DNA of 64,000 bases from Andalucia godoyi And28. Lineage: Eukaryota; Protista; Jakobida. The stretch's first letter is position 1. Each line of letters opens with the position of its first letter. Both the position numbers and the translations under genes were made by a program. The notes beneath the pieces were generated by a model, which was not told the DNA's origin, did no database searches, and worked only from the letters and a program-made list of their open reading frames with translations. The stretch covers positions 186,001 to 250,000 of the forward strand of contig VRVR01000022.1 of NCBI GenBank assembly GCA_009859145.1. Direction: 5' to 3'. This document shows, in pieces, positions 11,308 through 23,200 of this stretch.

Positions 11308-13704
11308 ATGAAGCATTTTGCAATTGTGAGTGAGGGAGGCTACACCTTCTTCCACGACTGTCCAAACGACATGCCGCTGTTGGCATTCTCGATGACCCAG
11401 GAACATGCATTTGAATGCATGAACCAGTATGCTCGGTCGGTTCGTTGCGGAGATACTCTGTTTGTATCTGAAAAGTTTGAATCGTTTCATTATGTTGCTG
11501 TGAGCGATGAAGGCGATTCCGAGCTTTCACTTCGACGAAAACTGCAATTTCTGAGAGACTTGGTTGCGTTTTATGTCCACTGTCCGCCCGACGCTGCAGG
11601 AGAACCTCTTTATGGAAAGACGTTTGCAGCGTATCGGTCTCTGACTGAGCATCGGTTCAGTGCTGTGCTGGATGCCGTCGAAGTCTTGTCAATTAATTCT
11701 GGAATCAAGACTATGATTGAGACAATGCTTGGCGACTCTCTCTTTGCTGCGCGATCGATTACGCACGGGCTTCTTTTTGTGGGAAATAAGCTTGCAGTCA
11801 ACTGGAATCGACGTCCCGTCGCTCGGCAACGATCCAATGTGATACCAGCGCTGACACACGGAGACGTCCTGTTGCTGATGATGCATTCCCTGTGTTCATT
11901 TGACTGCGATCTCGGTAACGACGTGTTGGTTTCGGAAACTACGTTGGCGAAACTCCTAGCAGACAAGGAGCCGCAAATCGCCAGAGAAGAAACAGCTGCG
12001 CCAACAGCAACAGCAGCAGCTGCAGCAGCAGAAGTAGAGGGTGATTTGCAGATGCAGCAGGAGCTCTCAAAGGCGGAACAGCCGCAAGCAGAAGGTTTGT
12101 TTAAAACAGACAGTGCTTCAGAAGACGTTCCTGCCGAGTTGCAGAGTCCCGCTGCTGGTGCTGGAGAAGACGGTGAGTTCGAAAGAAAAGGATCAGATCG
12201 ACGCGATGGAAAAGAATTGATGAGGAGGCATAGTTCAAAGAGGAAAGCAGCGTCTCCGAGCAATGGTAGCGCTGGTGCAGCTCATGAAGACGAAATGTCA
12301 GATGTTACAGATGACTATGTTTCTTGTTTTGGAGATTTGGACGGGGAGCTCCTTTCCCCGCTGCCCGAGCATCGAGAGGACCGCTGTTTTGGAACGGATG
12401 ACATCCTCATGGCCCAAACGTTTCTTCGGAGCATTTCATTGTACAATGGCGAGTTGTCCGGGGTTTGGAACAGCGAAAGCTGCCAATCGCTGCAAGAGTA
12501 TCAGAAATCTCAGGGGCTTCCAACAACCAACCAGCTGGATTCTGCGGTGATGTCCATTATCACAAGACACATGTACAGCGACTATGGTACCGTGGAGGGC
12601 GACGAGGGTGCGTATCATACGCCCTCTGCATCTCTTCGATACGTATCTGGGTCTCATCGTGGCTCGAAACGCATGGGGTCATCGCTTCGGAAGCGCTCCA
12701 CTGTTTCGCTGACAAGGAAGTCCTCGCAAGGCAGCTTCGATTCCGCATCGCCGCCTCCGCCGGGTGTTGCAATTCAGCTGAGCTCTGCTGCTTCGCTTTC
12801 GTCTTCCACATCTTCCACATCTCCGTCTTCCGTCTCGCCTCCTCTCAAAGGATCGAGCTCCAATGAAGGCTACGGCGAGCAGTTAGAGGCGCCGAGTTCT
12901 CGGGAACCGATTCCCTCACCATCGGTGACGGATACGCCCAAGACTCGCGCTTCTGTGGTTTTGCAATCCTTTGGAGATCGTCCCTCGCTGATCTGCTGTT
13001 ACAAACTTGGCGACAATACGGTACTGGTACTTGTGTGCAGCAGTCTAACTGCGGCAGCTTGGGAAGACGTTCCTGAGGATGCCGTGCAGGAAATTGATCG
13101 CTCTGTGGAGCATCTTCGCAACCAGATCAGTGAATATATGAGTTTTCTTGAAACTTGCGAGAAGACGCACGTCCGAATGATGTCGTATTTGCACGAATGC
13201 CCGGGAATGATCCATTTTCTTTACTGCGACCGGACGCACAACTACACTGTATCACCAGCAATTTCCTCTCTGTTGGCGAAGAACGGGAGCGCAGAAGCGG
13301 AAATAGCACATCTCAAGTGGTTGCGAACTTGCGTCCACCGCATGGTCGAATGGGGAGTGAAGCTCCTGTGGGATGGCCAGACGTTTGGATTAATCCGCCT
13401 TACTGGTGGCTCTCACTCCGTGGATCTGCAGATCGGATATCAATTCTGGATTGAAGATGAGAACCACGAGCATGTCATGCCTGAAGTTCCGCTCAAGGAT
13501 CTCCGTGGCTTGTTGTGTTCGGTATCGAACTTCTCCAACGGGGAGCTTGTCAGGAGGCTGTTTCCTTCCGTGTCTGACAAGCGTCGCAATCTGTTCACAG
13601 TTCATGAGTTCTTTTCTTTATGGCTCGGTTTCATTGACCAAGAAATGGTTCACCAAGTTTCATCATCATTGCAAAACAAGTTCCGGTTCTCCGTGATGCG
13701 TTAA
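11308..13704 (+). CDS. HPS1: HPS1-like longin-domain protein (BLOC-3 / Mon1-Fuzzy-HPS1 family), 798 aa
   Basis: N-terminal 'MKHFAIVSEGG..FF', 'DSELSLRRKLQFLRDL' and C-terminal 'PGMIHFLYCDRT...VSPAI' parallel recalled HPS1 motifs (SEGDLRRKL, PGLVHFIYVDR). Acidic/Ser-rich insert in the middle. Confidence 0.7.
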   Translation: MKHFAIVSEGGYTFFHDCPNDMPLLAFSMTQEHAFECMNQYARSVRCGDTLFVSEKFESFHYVAVSDEGDSELSLRRKLQFLRDLVAFYVHCPPDAAGEPLYGKTFAAYRSLTEHRFSAVLDAVEVLSINSGIKTMIETMLGDSLFAARSITHGLLFVGNKLAVNWNRRPVARQRSNVIPALTHGDVLLLMMHSLCSFDCDLGNDVLVSETTLAKLLADKEPQIAREETAAPTATAAAAAAEVEGDLQMQQELSKAEQPQAEGLFKTDSASEDVPAELQSPAAGAGEDGEFERKGSDRRDGKELMRRHSSKRKAASPSNGSAGAAHEDEMSDVTDDYVSCFGDLDGELLSPLPEHREDRCFGTDDILMAQTFLRSISLYNGELSGVWNSESCQSLQEYQKSQGLPTTNQLDSAVMSIITRHMYSDYGTVEGDEGAYHTPSASLRYVSGSHRGSKRMGSSLRKRSTVSLTRKSSQGSFDSASPPPPGVAIQLSSAASLSSSTSSTSPSSVSPPLKGSSSNEGYGEQLEAPSSREPIPSPSVTDTPKTRASVVLQSFGDRPSLICCYKLGDNTVLVLVCSSLTAAAWEDVPEDAVQEIDRSVEHLRNQISEYMSFLETCEKTHVRMMSYLHECPGMIHFLYCDRTHNYTVSPAISSLLAKNGSAEAEIAHLKWLRTCVHRMVEWGVKLLWDGQTFGLIRLTGGSHSVDLQIGYQFWIEDENHEHVMPEVPLKDLRGLLCSVSNFSNGELVRRLFPSVSDKRRNLFTVHEFFSLWLGFIDQEMVHQVSSSLQNKFRFSVMR

Positions 13705-13920
13705 CCGTGTGCACGGAGGAGGGGTTTGTATATTTATGACTACTATCATAACAATTAGTATTTGCATCGTTCCTAATTAAATCATCAAAAATAATAATAA
13801 TTATTATTATAATACGTTATAATTAAATTTAAATTTAAATTTAATAATAATAATAAAAAATAGAAAAAGAAGAGAAGAAGAATAGAAAAAACGAGTGCAG
13901 CAAAAGAAGCATTACCTGCT

Positions 13921-15453
13921 TCATGCGACCTTGCTCTTTAGAGATTTGAATGCAGTCAAGCATCGGTCCCGTGCAAACACATGGTCAACCATCGGTTTCC
14001 CAAGATACCCCAAGGCCTCCAGTTGCGGAGCTGATCGATGCTTCCAAGGCTCATGGAGTTCCTTTGGAGGAACAGATTGCAGTTCGGGCACGTACTTTTT
14101 GATGAACACACCATCGGCATCGAATTTCTCCGATTGCGTGACAGGGTTGAAGATTCGAAAGTACGGCTGAGAGTCAGTGCCCGTCGAAGATGACCACTGC
14201 CACCCGCCGCTGTTCGACGCCTGGTCTCCGTCAATCAAGTGCTTTTTGAAGAACCTCTCGCCCCACCGCCAGTCGATCAGCAAATGCTTCGTCAAGAACA
14301 TGGCCACCACCATCCGAAGGCGATTGTGCATCCAGCCCGTCTGCTTGAGTTGCCGCATTGCCGCGTCTACAATGGGGTACCCAGTCCGTCCGTCGCACCA
14401 CGCCTTGAAGTCGTTCTTGTCGTACCGCCACTGGACCTTGTCCATGTCGACACGGAACGCCTGATTCATGCATGTCCGAGGGAATGCAACAAGAATGTTT
14501 CGGTAAAAGTCTCTCCAGCACAGTTCCGAGATCCAAGTGACACAGCCACCGTTTCCGAACTCCCAGCGGTTCTTGTTCAAAGACAACGCTTGTGCCAAGC
14601 ACTGCCGCGCAGAAATAACACCACTTGCAAGGTACGGTGACAATGACGAGGTTCCGTTCACGGATGGAAAATTCCTCTTTTCATCATACGCTGTCAAGCG
14701 ATGTTTCGCAAACTGATCCAGCAGCTGCTGTGCGTGGTCCTCTCCAGCTTCCCATAGCTGACGGATACTGGCTGACACGGACTCTGTATGAGATCCCAGA
14801 TCGGATGGGATGTCTGAAGATTGGACCGATGCTCGGAAAGGATTGCCAACAAGCGGGTGGGGAACCGGATTCACAGTGGTGAGTTCCGGATTTTCGGATA
14901 AATGCCGGTACCACGATTTTCGAAATGGCGAAAACATTGTGTATGTTTTCCCTTCTTTGGTGAACAACGACGTCGGTGGAACGATGCACTGATCATGGTA
15001 CTGGTGGATGGCAATGCCTTTTCCATTGCAAAGCCTCGCCAACTCTTCGTCCCGTCTCAATTCGTCAACTTCGTATTCAATGTTGAGACACACATGCTTG
15101 ATTCCATGCTGCATGCATAAACGAAGAACAGCATCTGGGATTCCTGCACGACTTTCAAAGCGCTGCACCACCAGTGGAATGTGCAGTTTCTGCAGAGAAT
15201 TTTTCAGCACTTTGAGATTCCGAAGCCAGAAATCAATCTTCACGGGTGCTTCGTCGTGCAACACAAAGTCCTCTTCGCTTATGACAAAGAGTGCAAGTAG
15301 CCCATGCGACCCTGCATATTGCACAGCATGGTGGAGAGCTCGGTTATCACACACTCTCAAGTCAGTTCGGAACCACAGGAGCGTCGGACCTGCATGCTGA
15401 TCAACAAGCTCAAGTTTTGCTCTTTTCGCTGGTGGTGCATGTGACTCTTCCAT
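13921..15453 (-). CDS. phrB: Class I CPD DNA photolyase, about 510 aa, with N-terminal NLS (PPAKRAK)
   Basis: 'LLWFRTDLRVCDNRAL', 'TSSLSPYLASG', 'GRTGYPIVDAAMRQL..TGWMHNRLRM', 'DGD.ASN.GGWQW.SSTGTD..PYFRIFNP..Q..KFD'. First ATG at 15453. Confidence 0.95.
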   Translation of the reverse strand: MEESHAPPAKRAKLELVDQHAGPTLLWFRTDLRVCDNRALHHAVQYAGSHGLLALFVISEEDFVLHDEAPVKIDFWLRNLKVLKNSLQKLHIPLVVQRFESRAGIPDAVLRLCMQHGIKHVCLNIEYEVDELRRDEELARLCNGKGIAIHQYHDQCIVPPTSLFTKEGKTYTMFSPFRKSWYRHLSENPELTTVNPVPHPLVGNPFRASVQSSDIPSDLGSHTESVSASIRQLWEAGEDHAQQLLDQFAKHRLTAYDEKRNFPSVNGTSSLSPYLASGVISARQCLAQALSLNKNRWEFGNGGCVTWISELCWRDFYRNILVAFPRTCMNQAFRVDMDKVQWRYDKNDFKAWCDGRTGYPIVDAAMRQLKQTGWMHNRLRMVVAMFLTKHLLIDWRWGERFFKKHLIDGDQASNSGGWQWSSSTGTDSQPYFRIFNPVTQSEKFDADGVFIKKYVPELQSVPPKELHEPWKHRSAPQLEALGYLGKPMVDHVFARDRCLTAFKSLKSKVA

Positions 15454-15745
15454 ATCTGCTGTCCGTGCGTGTTTTTCCTTCCCGCACCCTTCAGAAACTC
15501 TGACAGAGCTGCAAAGCACGATCGTTGCAGCGCTTGAGAAATCGTTCTGCGAGATCCGGAGAAAACGGGCTTGTCTGTCAGAAACCTCCAATATTTCCTC
15601 TCTTTTGTAGTTCAGAGCGTCGATTTTGTAAAATTTCCAAATATTAATTCATTTACAGTATTTTCTATCCGTTTTCTTCAAACTGTCGTCATTTTTGTTT
15701 TCGTCAGTTTTAATCCATAAAAGCGGAACTGTCAGCTGACTGAGG

Positions 15746-16619
15746 ATGTGGAGCATCTCGCCGATTCTCTGCATCACACTATGTGCACTGCTGCTCACTA
15801 TTCACGCATCTGCTGTTCCTCTGTCTCCAGACAGTCCCCGGACACAAGAATCTCTCCAGTGCAGCTCGGAAGCCATCGATTACAGATTGTCCGACCTTGG
15901 CCCAAACACGTTCTATGAAGTCCGAGTGTCATACCCTGCTTCCGTATGTTTGAAATACACATGCACATATAGAACCTCGTTTTTCCTTATATTGCTGTAT
16001 TCAGCATTTCTCATTTCACAATATTTTCTAATCTGCTTTTGTTGTTGTTGGCGTCGATGTTCCAGAATCCAGCGACATTCCAATTGATGTTTGACACTGA
16101 AGTTTCCGCAACTCGGTCGCTGCTTGATATCGAAAAGGTGATGTTCAAAACAGATGCGGATTCACGTATTATCGTATGCATTTTCTGTTTACTGTCCCAT
16201 TTTTTTAAAAATTGGTTTTTATTGTTTGTGAAAAAACAGGATGTCCACGGATTGTCATGGACAAGCTGGAAGGGAGAGTTGAACCATGGTTGCTAACCAT
16301 TCATCGTCATCACCATCATGTTGCGGTTGATGCTATTATTGCTCAGGGTCGCGCGCCAAATGCAAATGGGGAATATATACTGCATGTGAGCTGCGTTCGA
16401 GAGGTTCCTGCAAAATCGGAGGCGATCTCTGGCAAGCCAGTTGTGTTTAACATTGTTCTGGAGTCGTTAATTCTCAATGTTCCATTTGACGTCGCAAAGA
16501 TTGGATTTGTTGGCTTCTTTGCTATCTTGTTCATTTATGCGGCCGTAATTCCTTATTGCAACAGCAGGCACACCGAATTCGGAAAAGTATGGGACAAGGA
16601 CAGCAGAGATCGCGACTAA
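15746..16619 (+). CDS. Signal-peptide, single-pass membrane protein of unknown function; 3 exons 15746-15943, 16066-16173, 16347-16619; about 192 aa
   Basis: Two phase-0 GT-AG introns (GTATGT...TCCAG and GTATGC...CTCAG, the latter with a TGCTAAC branch site) give ...YEVRVSYPAS|NPATFQL...RSLLDIEKVMFK...|GRAP...FNIVLESLILNVP followed by a TM helix. Resembles a conserved uncharacterised eukaryotic family. Confidence 0.65.
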
Positions 16620-17247
16620 CACAAAAACAATCGTTCTATTTTTCCTCCTCACCCGTGTCGCACTGCAAACTCGCGTCTTAGATCGCCACTCCTGGACCTC
16701 TCCATCCCTCCATCCCCCCAACCATCGATCGAGTATCCATACTTCCGTAAACTGACAGTACTGTAACCTTCCTGCGCACGCAGTTTCTTCGTTTTCGGAC
16801 AAAGGCCTTGCATGTTCGCGTGGCCAGCTGTAGCCCATCCGCGGGGCCCCAACCAACCAGGAAAAAAACGAGAAATTTTGATCAAGACTTGCGTGTGTGT
16901 GTTTGCTGATTCCGCACTCTGCATCCCGAAAGTGCTTCTTGCGACAGAGTCCTGGATCGTGAACGGTGAACTGTGAAGCGTGCTTGGACCGTGGACCCTT
17001 TTTCATTTTCTCTGTATCTTAATTCAGTGACCTATTTCCATTCATCCACGTTGTACCACTTGCGCGCGCGTGTGTGTGTGTGTATACCGGTATATTTACA
17101 TTTATACATTATTTTTCCCGCCCTCCCTCTCAGCCAGTCGCTCAAAAAGCAGTTGTATTCAGATTGAAACGAAAGACAGAAAAAGGGCAATTCACACACG
17201 GCAACATTATTAGTATTGTTACTATCATTCGCAAAACAACATCAAAC

Positions 17248-20200
17248 ATGGCCACGCTTCGGTGGTTGCAGAGTCAGTCCACATCCTTGATTCCGCGTCT
17301 TGAAGCGCACACATTGGTGTTCGTGGGTCCATCTGCCTACGTGTATGGTGGAAAGATTACTTCGGAGGCGGACCCTTCGTCATTCAAGGTGAATGACGTT
17401 CTGTATTTGTTTGATGCGGATGATCTGACTGGATTAGAACTTATTGACAGTGCAGGAGAAAAGCCTCCAGGACTTTTCGACCACTTGGCAGCGCCTCAGC
17501 ACGAATCGTCACGAATGTGGATTTTTGGAGGGAAAACAGCCTCCGACGAACCATCAAAGGATATTTATATGTATGATGCTGAGGCCGATGCATGGGCAAT
17601 GTGCCAACGACCGCCTTTTGATGTTCGAAAGAATGCAGGCCTGTCTGCAACGGCTGACAAGGTCCTGTTGTTCTCTCTGGATGATTTTATCTTGGGTGTG
17701 TACGATCCTGTGGAGGACTCGTGGGCAATGTGCATGTTTTCAGTGAGCGTGGCATTATCGCCTCCCGAGGACTTGACGCCGTTCACTATCCGTGTGTCGA
17801 ACCGCATTTACCGGATTCTCTGTTCCATATCTCAGCGGTCTTTCTCAGCCGACGAGTTTGTGCTGCCGCTGCAGTCGCATCCCGTTTGTCTTTCCCAGAA
17901 CTACATTATCTGCGTTGGACAATCTTCTGCACAACATTTCATTTTCGATTCTGAATCGGGGCTTTTGCAGAGTACGTCGCCTGTCATTCAAATTGAAAAA
18001 TCAGACTTGGTTCTTGGAGATAGCGTTTGCATGGGTGGACTCGAAACAGTTCTGTTTCTGTTGAATCGCAACGGTTTCTATTCGCTGGTGATGCCCGATC
18101 CTCTTCCAGGAACCAAGCCATCGCATATTTCGTTTTCCTCGGTGATCGAAGCAACACGAATTCCCGAACGCCTCTTTCTCGAAATGGATCCGAAGCAGCT
18201 GCTCGCAAAAGTTCGCGAACGACTCACGTTCGTGGAAACAGCTCTGGATGATGCTATCGCAACCGTCAATCCTCGGTTAAAACAAGACTTCGATATTGTG
18301 GTTGCTGAAAAGGCGCGTGTCGAAATCGAAATGGTGGATTTGTTTGAGACGATCGAGAATCTTGAAATGACAGTCACCGAAAAGGAAAAGGAAATGTCCA
18401 CCTTGAAGGAGAGTTTCGACAAAGCAATCGAGCCGTTTCAATCGGAAAACACGCAGCTGAGAGCGCAAGTGACAGAACTATCGATGGAGGTGAATTTCCG
18501 TCGCACAGACACTTTGATGAAAGAAGAAGAATTGGAGAATTTTCAATCGTATCGACAGCAGCTAGTTTCGGAAAATGAAGAATTGAAGCGACAAGTGGAT
18601 GAAATTCTTGAGGATATGGCAGAGCGCGATGCCGAAGTCGCCTCCCAGGCTGCTTTGATTGACAATTTGAAGGCGGAGCACAGGTCAGTGACGTTGCAAA
18701 ATGAGGAGCTTGCATCAAAGAACATGTCGTTGTTGAGAACAGAAAACGAATCGCTGAAGATGGAGATTGTTGCACTGAAACTGGAGAAAACCGAAATTGC
18801 AAGCCAGAACGAAGAATTAATACGCGAATCTCAAGAGAATTCGTCTCTTATTTTGGAGCTCAATGAAAAGATACAGTTGTTGGAAGCTGAGAACGCGGAT
18901 TTGGGTGCGCGGTTTGCAGAAACCCTGAACGAATACGAGAGTTTGTTAAACGCTCATCAAGCACTGCATTCTCAAGTTTCTCTTTTGGAAGCCGCCGCAG
19001 CAGCAGCAACAGCAGCAACTTCTTCTTCAGGCACATCAGGAACGCTCACACAGCAGCCCGTCACGGAGGGCGTCGCTGTGGCGTCACTTTCCGATATTTT
19101 GACGGAAAATGCCACGCTTAAGGAGCAAGTTGCGGAAATTGTCGGCCAGTACGATGCATTGGTTTGTCAGCTTCGAGACATCCAAGGAAGAATTCAGGAT
19201 CTGGAGGAGGAGAATGCATACTTGAATTCCAGCATGGAGAGAGATGCAAATTTAACTCCTTTTGAACGGTGCGTCAGCGTTGGCATTTCAACGGACGATC
19301 TCGAATCTGCCCCCGAGCTGGTGGAGGTTCGAGCTGCCCTTGATCAGGTTACGTCGCTTGCCCGGGACCTGGCATTGGAGAACGAGAAGCTTTGCGGAAG
19401 CTTGCAAAGATACGAGGTCCTGGAGGCAGAAAATGCATATTTGAAAAATGAAGTTGTCAAGCTACGAAGCAAGCCTGCTTCCCAAACCGAAGCTGCAACA
19501 ATTCGAGATGTTGAACAGATTTCACGGTCCATTGAAGGCAGGGACTCCTTGTTGTCCCAGCTGCAAGCTGATCTCGTCACCTTGGATCGCGAAAATGCGT
19601 ATCTTGTAGACGATCTGGGACTGTCCAAGTCCGAGCTTGAGTCATATCGCTTCTTGCTGCGCAAGGTTGAAGAGGATTGCCAGTTGATGATTTCCGATTT
19701 CGAAAGCCGTGCAGATTCTTTTTGTGCTGTGGTTGCCGACAAGCTGGGCTTGCTGGAGTCCCGCATCGAACGGATGGATGCACAAGCGACGAATCTTGTG
19801 AATGCAAATGAAACCTGCTGCAACGCAGCTGAACTAACGTCAACGCTAGAAACAGCAATTGCGGATTCTTCAGCGTATTGCGCGAATCCGTTGCCCTCCG
19901 CTTCTGAATCTCAGGCTTCCACGGACGGTCTGCATTCAAATACTGCATCTGGTGGGAACAGCACGGGCCATGCGAGTCCTGCGCTTCCATCGAATCCGCT
20001 ACTAGAATCGCTTTTGCAGACTGTGACGCAGCTCCACAATGAACATTTGCTGCAAGTTGTGGAACTGAGAGAATCAAAGACGGCCGAGGATGATGCGACC
20101 GCGTGTATCCAGGACTTGGGATGCAGGCTGGCGGGCACAGAGGACGAGTTGCGGAAGGTTTTTGAAGTTGTGGCAGACGAACGATCGAATAATACTGTGA

Positions 20201-23200
20201 AGAGTGCGATGATTTCGTCTCTGGAGTCAAACTTGAACAAGTTGTCTGCATCGTTGGCAATCGTTCGCGAGATAGTGGAAGCAAGAGACGAGGAGCTTGT
20301 GCAGTTGAAAGGCACGATCAAGCATTTGCAGGACTCCAGGGCCGCAGTGTTGCAGACAGTTTCGGAACTGCATCAACAGTACTTGTTAACTTCTGTTCAA
20401 TTGAAAGAGGCGAGAGATCTGAACGTTGAAACAGACAGGCGATTGCAAGAGCTTTCTGCTTCGGTCTTGCAAGCAAGGTCTCTTGCGCAGTCTCAGAACG
20501 ACGCAGTTGCTGTCTTGGCTGACGAAAAGGCCAGTCTTTTGAATGCGGCATTGAGTCTCCAAGTTAGATCAAGTGACAACGGCGCAGGGCTTTCGGCGGG
20601 CGATTCCCCTTCTGCGTCCTCTTCTTCATCAGAGCCCCTCCTAATCCAGCAAAGCAACATTGAACCGCAAGACAAGCAGGACCGCGGTGCAGCAAGCCAA
20701 ACTCAAACTTGCGAGGTGCTGGATCATGCAGCTGCTATTCAATCCCTGGAAATGCGGAACATTGCACTATCGAATCGGTTGACGGCTTCGTTGGATGAGT
20801 TTGCGCAACTGAAGGCAGCTGGTAGTTCCACTGGCAACGTACCGACTTCGACCTCGGTTTCTACCTCGGTGTCTCCTCCGAGTTCTCGGACATCGTCAAA
20901 CAAGACGTCTGCACCGTCTGACGTGCTTTCCACGGGTTCTCTGCCGTCCCTTGTGGATAACGCACGCATTGCATCCGAGCTTGATGCTCTTCAGCAAGAG
21001 AATGCGATGCTTGCAGTTCGTTTGGCCGAGCGTGAAAGTCTGCATGTTGAATTGGACGCAACAAACAAGGCTCTTCTCCGTGAGTGTTCCCTGAGCGAAT
21101 CTCTTAGACTGCGAGTTTCGACGCTCGAGAATGACTTGCTTCAAAGCAAGCTTCGATCGGAGTCGCAACTGACTGTGCTGCAAGCTACATTGTTCGAACG
21201 GCAATCACAAGTTGTGGACAAGGATGATGAAATCAAATTGTTGTCGCAGAAATGCGAGGCGCTGGTATTGTCGCTGTCCAAGTCGAGCGTTAGTAGCGAC
21301 TCGAATTTCTCAGAGATTCTTGAAGACTTGCATTTCAAGTCCCGAGAAAGCTCGATAAGGTCCTCGGTTTTAGAAAACGAAAACTCAGGGTTGCGTGAGC
21401 TGCTGAACGAGAGGAATGCCGAAATTTCCTCCTTGCATTCCCAATTGAAGGACGCTGCATCTGCAAGATTGCATCTAAGCGAGCAACTCTCATCCAAGTC
21501 GCTGATGGCTTCGACCTTGGAGTCGGAGCTTAGCGTAGCGAAAATGGAGGTCGAGTTTTCAAAGTCCGAATCAGAGAAGTTGGCAAAGTATTCCAAGAAT
21601 TTGGAGAGCATTGTACGACTCCTTGAGCAATCTGGACAGGAGCGTGAGGCTCGCATTTCTTCTCTTACCGAGGATTTGCTTGTTGCAAAGTCTGCGGCAG
21701 TTCCGGTCGGTCCTGCAACAGCCACCATCGCCGAGCTGTCGCAACCCAGAGCTGCAGAGTTCCAGGATCGTATTGACCGACTTGAATCCCAGCTGAGGAT
21801 GCTGTCATCTTCGGTGATTATCGAGTCACAAAAGCTTTCCGCGGCGCAGGAGGACAGCGCTCTACTGAAGGCCCAGTTGTCGCAGTCCATTGAAAAGTGC
21901 AGCGCGATGCAGCGCCAGTCGTTGCTTCTCCTGGACAATGTTACGGAATTGCAGCGAATGCATGACGTCAATTTGATTCGTCTTCATCAAGAATCTGCGA
22001 AGGTTTTGGAGTTAGAGTCTATCAATCGTCGACTCGCTGTTCAGCTTGAAGACGTTTTGAAGAATTCTCGAGTTTATAGGGATGTTCCGGTCGTCGCCAG
22101 CCGCTCTTCACCGCAGGTGGTGTCTGGTGCGGAGGGCCGTGCAGAGGCCGAAGAGGCACCCGTCATCGATTGCCAGCGCTCGTCGGAGGACGTTGACGGA
22201 GATGCGCCCTCCACGAGACACATGCCTTCTGAAGAGAAGAACGAGGACAATTTGCTAGCTCTCCAGGCCCAATCTCTGCAGGTTGAGATCAGAGCTTTAC
22301 AGGGAAGTGTTGCTCTGTTGACTGCCGAAAACCGGTCTTTGTGCGAGCAACGTGAGACGAATCTCAACGAATTACGTTTATTGCGCAGCGAAGCAGAGGA
22401 TTCGAAATTGCACGGTCATCGCATCAGTCGGGAACTTCTGTCGTCTCAGATGGAATGCCAACAATTGCGCGATGAAGCAACCCATCTTGTTCGTGATGTC
22501 AATGGGTTACGAGCGCAACTTGATTTGGTTTCCTCCAAGATGTCCTCGCAGTCTTCTGAGAACATGCAGCTCCGATCCTTATTGGAGGACCAGCTTCGCG
22601 ATCTTGGGGATTCCCAGGCTTCCAATTCCAAACTTCTAGGTGAACTGTCTGTGGCTACGAAGTCTACCGAAGATTTGCACCAGGAGCTTCACTCTGTGCG
22701 ATCCCACTTGCATTTTGTTCAAGTGAAATTGACCTCTGCCGAGTCGTCGATGTTCGACTTGAATGCTGAAGTCGGTGTGTACCGCCATGAGAACGAGGTT
22801 TTGCATCGCTCCGTTTCAGTCCTGCAATCCGACATCGCATCTCTTCGTCAGCAACACGAATCTCAAATGATTGTCCTGGCGGATGCGAAGAGAGCAGCTG
22901 CGGATCTCCAGTCCGTTGTGGAAGTGCAAGTCTTGAAGATCAATGAGCTGACATCTCTTGCGGAGCACTTGCAGTCTTCGCAGCAGATGTTGCGGCTAGA
23001 AAATGAAGACCGCGAAAAGGCGAAAGAGGATCTACTGGAATCTGTGTCAAGACTAGAATCCGAATGCAACTCCTTGCGTCAAAGCAATGATGATCAACGC
23101 TCCGTGATATCTCTGAAAAACTCGGAGATTTCCCGCTGCCTCTCGGACATTGAACGATTGAATGCGCAAATCGTCGTCTTGACGACGACCACGTCTCAGA

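Noticed and set aside
15454-15591. 46-aa N-terminal extension of the photolyase as a possible organellar targeting peptide
   Set aside because: It starts at TTG, not ATG, and lacks clear presequence character. The same applies to TTG/GTG-started extensions in the ORF track for RPL7, G-alpha, MDM35, the LEA-like gene and Twinkle.
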